A stretch of 64,000 bases of DNA, taken from NCBI RefSeq assembly GCF_001194135.2, contig NC_068981.1, forward strand, positions 77,630,078 to 77,694,077, read 5' to 3'. The translations under genes and the position numbers were made by a program. Every line of letters begins with the position of its first letter. Position 1 is the stretch's first letter. Of the stretch, positions 61,880-64,000 are shown one piece after another. Under the pieces are notes generated by a model that saw only the letters and a list, made by a program, of their open reading frames with translations, was not told the origin of the DNA and ran no database searches. This DNA is from Octopus bimaculoides (Eukaryota).

Positions 61880-62015
61880 CAACTCATTTCTACAGCGGGG
61901 TTAACTGGATCAAAGCGAAATAAAGTGTCTTACTAAAGAACAGAAAACACAACCCAGTCCGGGAATCGCATTCACTACCTCGTGATTGTGAGCCCCACAT
62001 TCTAACCTTGAGCAG
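61880..62015 (-). mobile_element. Degraded SINE head related to family D
   Basis: AAAGTGTCTT...CCCAGTCCGGGAATCG...TCGTGATTGTGAG...CTAACC resembles the reverse complement of the 36098 head. Confidence 0.45.
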
Positions 62016-62029
62016 TGGTTATAGAGGAA

Positions 62030-62260
62030 GCTTCTAACAATTCAGAAAGTTTCAGAAACCCTTTATATTTCTGGTACAAAAGCCTAACTGCAGGGGAAAT
62101 ACAATGTATTTACGTAGATCCTGATATTTTGGACAGTCGAGTATGTGGTGGATGTTGTAGGCAGTTTGGGAGGGCTTCTGATAAAGTTTTGCAGCCACTT
62201 TCAGAGTGAAGTTGAGGCTATCATTTGACTGAGGACGATTTTGCTGGATGCCCTGCTATT
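62030..62260 (-). mobile_element. I/Nimb-like LINE 3' remnant
   Basis: Minus-strand ..HHILDCPKYQDLRK (C-terminal CCHC-type motif). Confidence 0.4.
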
Positions 62261-62735
62261 ACTATATATATATAGTTAAACATGTGTACCGTTTATCCAG
62301 ACAAATGGTGTTTTGTTCTGTATAGTGTCTTTATTTTACCCTTGTGTTTTGTTTTGTTCCTGACAGAGAACAATTAATAAATCAGTGACATATACACACA
62401 ACTGTGTATGCAGTGGGTATATAAGGTGGATGATTATTCACACACAAGTGTGTGTGTGTGTAAGAGTGCGTGTGCGTGTGTGTGCGCGCGCTTGCCTGTG
62501 TGTGCATGTGTGCGTGTGCCCGCGCGAATGAGTGAGTGTATATATATGCAGATAGATAGATAGATAAATAGATGACAGAGATATCAATATATAGACACAC
62601 ACACAGGGACATACAAACACTCAGTAATATATATATATACATGCAGATAATCTTATACATATATATATATATATATATATCGGTGCCCCAGCATGGTCAC
62701 AGCTCATTGGCTGAAACTAGATCAACTCGAATCAT

Positions 62736-62767
<32 letters not shown>

Positions 62768-63669
62768 TATATANNNNNNNNNNNNNNNNNNNNNNNNNNN
62801 NNNNNNNNNNNNNNNNNNNNNNNNNNNNNNNNNNNNNNNNNNNNNNNNNNNNNNNNNNNNNNNNNNNNNNNNNNNNNNNNNNNNNNNNNNNNNNNNNNNN
62901 NNNNNNNNNNNNNNNNNNNNNNNNNNNNNNNNNNNNATATATATACAACAAAATACACGCATAAAACAAAACACATACACACACATATGTATGTGTGTGT
63001 GTATGTACTCACACACACACACATGATGCATCCACACATCTCTCATATCCTTGTGTTTATCTGTGCGTGTGCTCGCATACACTCTCTCACACACAAACAT
63101 ACACGTACGTACATGCATACATTGGTATATACATACATACATACATACATACATACATACACACATACATACATGTGTGTTAGAAAACGTACGTACATTT
63201 TTTTCTTTTTTTCCCCTTTCCTCTCAACAAACACTAGACAATGATCAAAGTAAAACTTATACCGCGAAATGGGATTGAACCAAGTTATCCGTGCAGTAGC
63301 CAGTCCTAGAATTTCCCAAGCATGTAATTCTAACGTATCAAAGCCTAGAAGAGCAGTAAGCATCAAACAGAACTAACATCAACCATTGGTCAACAGAGAA
63401 CTTTAGTTGTGGGTCATTCTCATATTGTTTTATCTATTAGTAGTTGCATGGAAACTGTATATCTAGTCTTAAATACATATACACGTACGCGCGGGCACAC
63501 ACACACATATGTACACACAAACAGACAGATGCTGTTGAACGTAAAAGCACAATAACATAGACACATACACTTATCTGTTCATACGCACACATACATCATT
63601 ATAATATGAATACATACATTTAATACAGATGCATACCATTTTTTATGAATACATATTTATCCATACATG

Positions 63670-63828
63670 CAGACTGGCGGACGAAAGGACAGACGAACGG
63701 AAGAACAGGCGGACGTACGGGCGGATAAACGGACGTGCGGACGGGCGGACAGACAGGTGGACGGACAGACGGACGGACGGACGGACGGGCGGAAGGACGG
63801 GCGGACGGACGGACGGATGAACGGATAA

Positions 63829-63881
<53 letters not shown>

Positions 63882-63883
63882 TG

Positions 63884-63954
<71 letters not shown>

Positions 63955-63955
63955 T
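63670..63955. repeat. Graded tetranucleotide array (GGAC/GACG > GACA > GATA)
   Basis: Directly visible. Confidence 0.95.
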
Positions 63956-64000
63956 TATGAGCCACGCAGGGCCGAACACAAAAGGGACAATACAATGTAG

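Overview
AT-rich, microsatellite-dense animal genomic DNA with many N gaps. The SINE families, and gaps falling at microsatellites, suggest an octopus (coleoid cephalopod) scaffold; this is an inference. I cannot support any intact host gene, rRNA, functional tRNA or CRISPR array. The window is a mosaic of decayed mobile elements: Penelope-like elements (PLEs) of three apparent clades (Poseidon-like, Neptune/Naiad-like, Hydra-like), RTE, Tx1/L1 and R4/Dong LINE remnants, two cecropia-type mariners, Tc1/maT remnants and MITEs, a deleted Helitron, and many tRNA-derived SINEs. The main signal is RNA-level: at least three unrelated type I hammerhead ribozyme (HHR) families, plus a weaker fourth, all inside inverted or tandem terminal repeats. 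(1) A tRNA-like Pol III head + (AAT)n + HHR cassette forms the inverted terminal repeats of a Poseidon-like PLE (46.9-49.4 kb). (2) An HHR with a compensatory U3:A8 core occurs in two copies (15.3 and 54.5 kb). (3) An apparently intact HHR with a very long stem II lies in a ~320 bp inverted+tandem repeat (56.6-57.6 kb). All folds and alignments were done by eye, and most element boundaries are approximate (+/- 10-30 bp).
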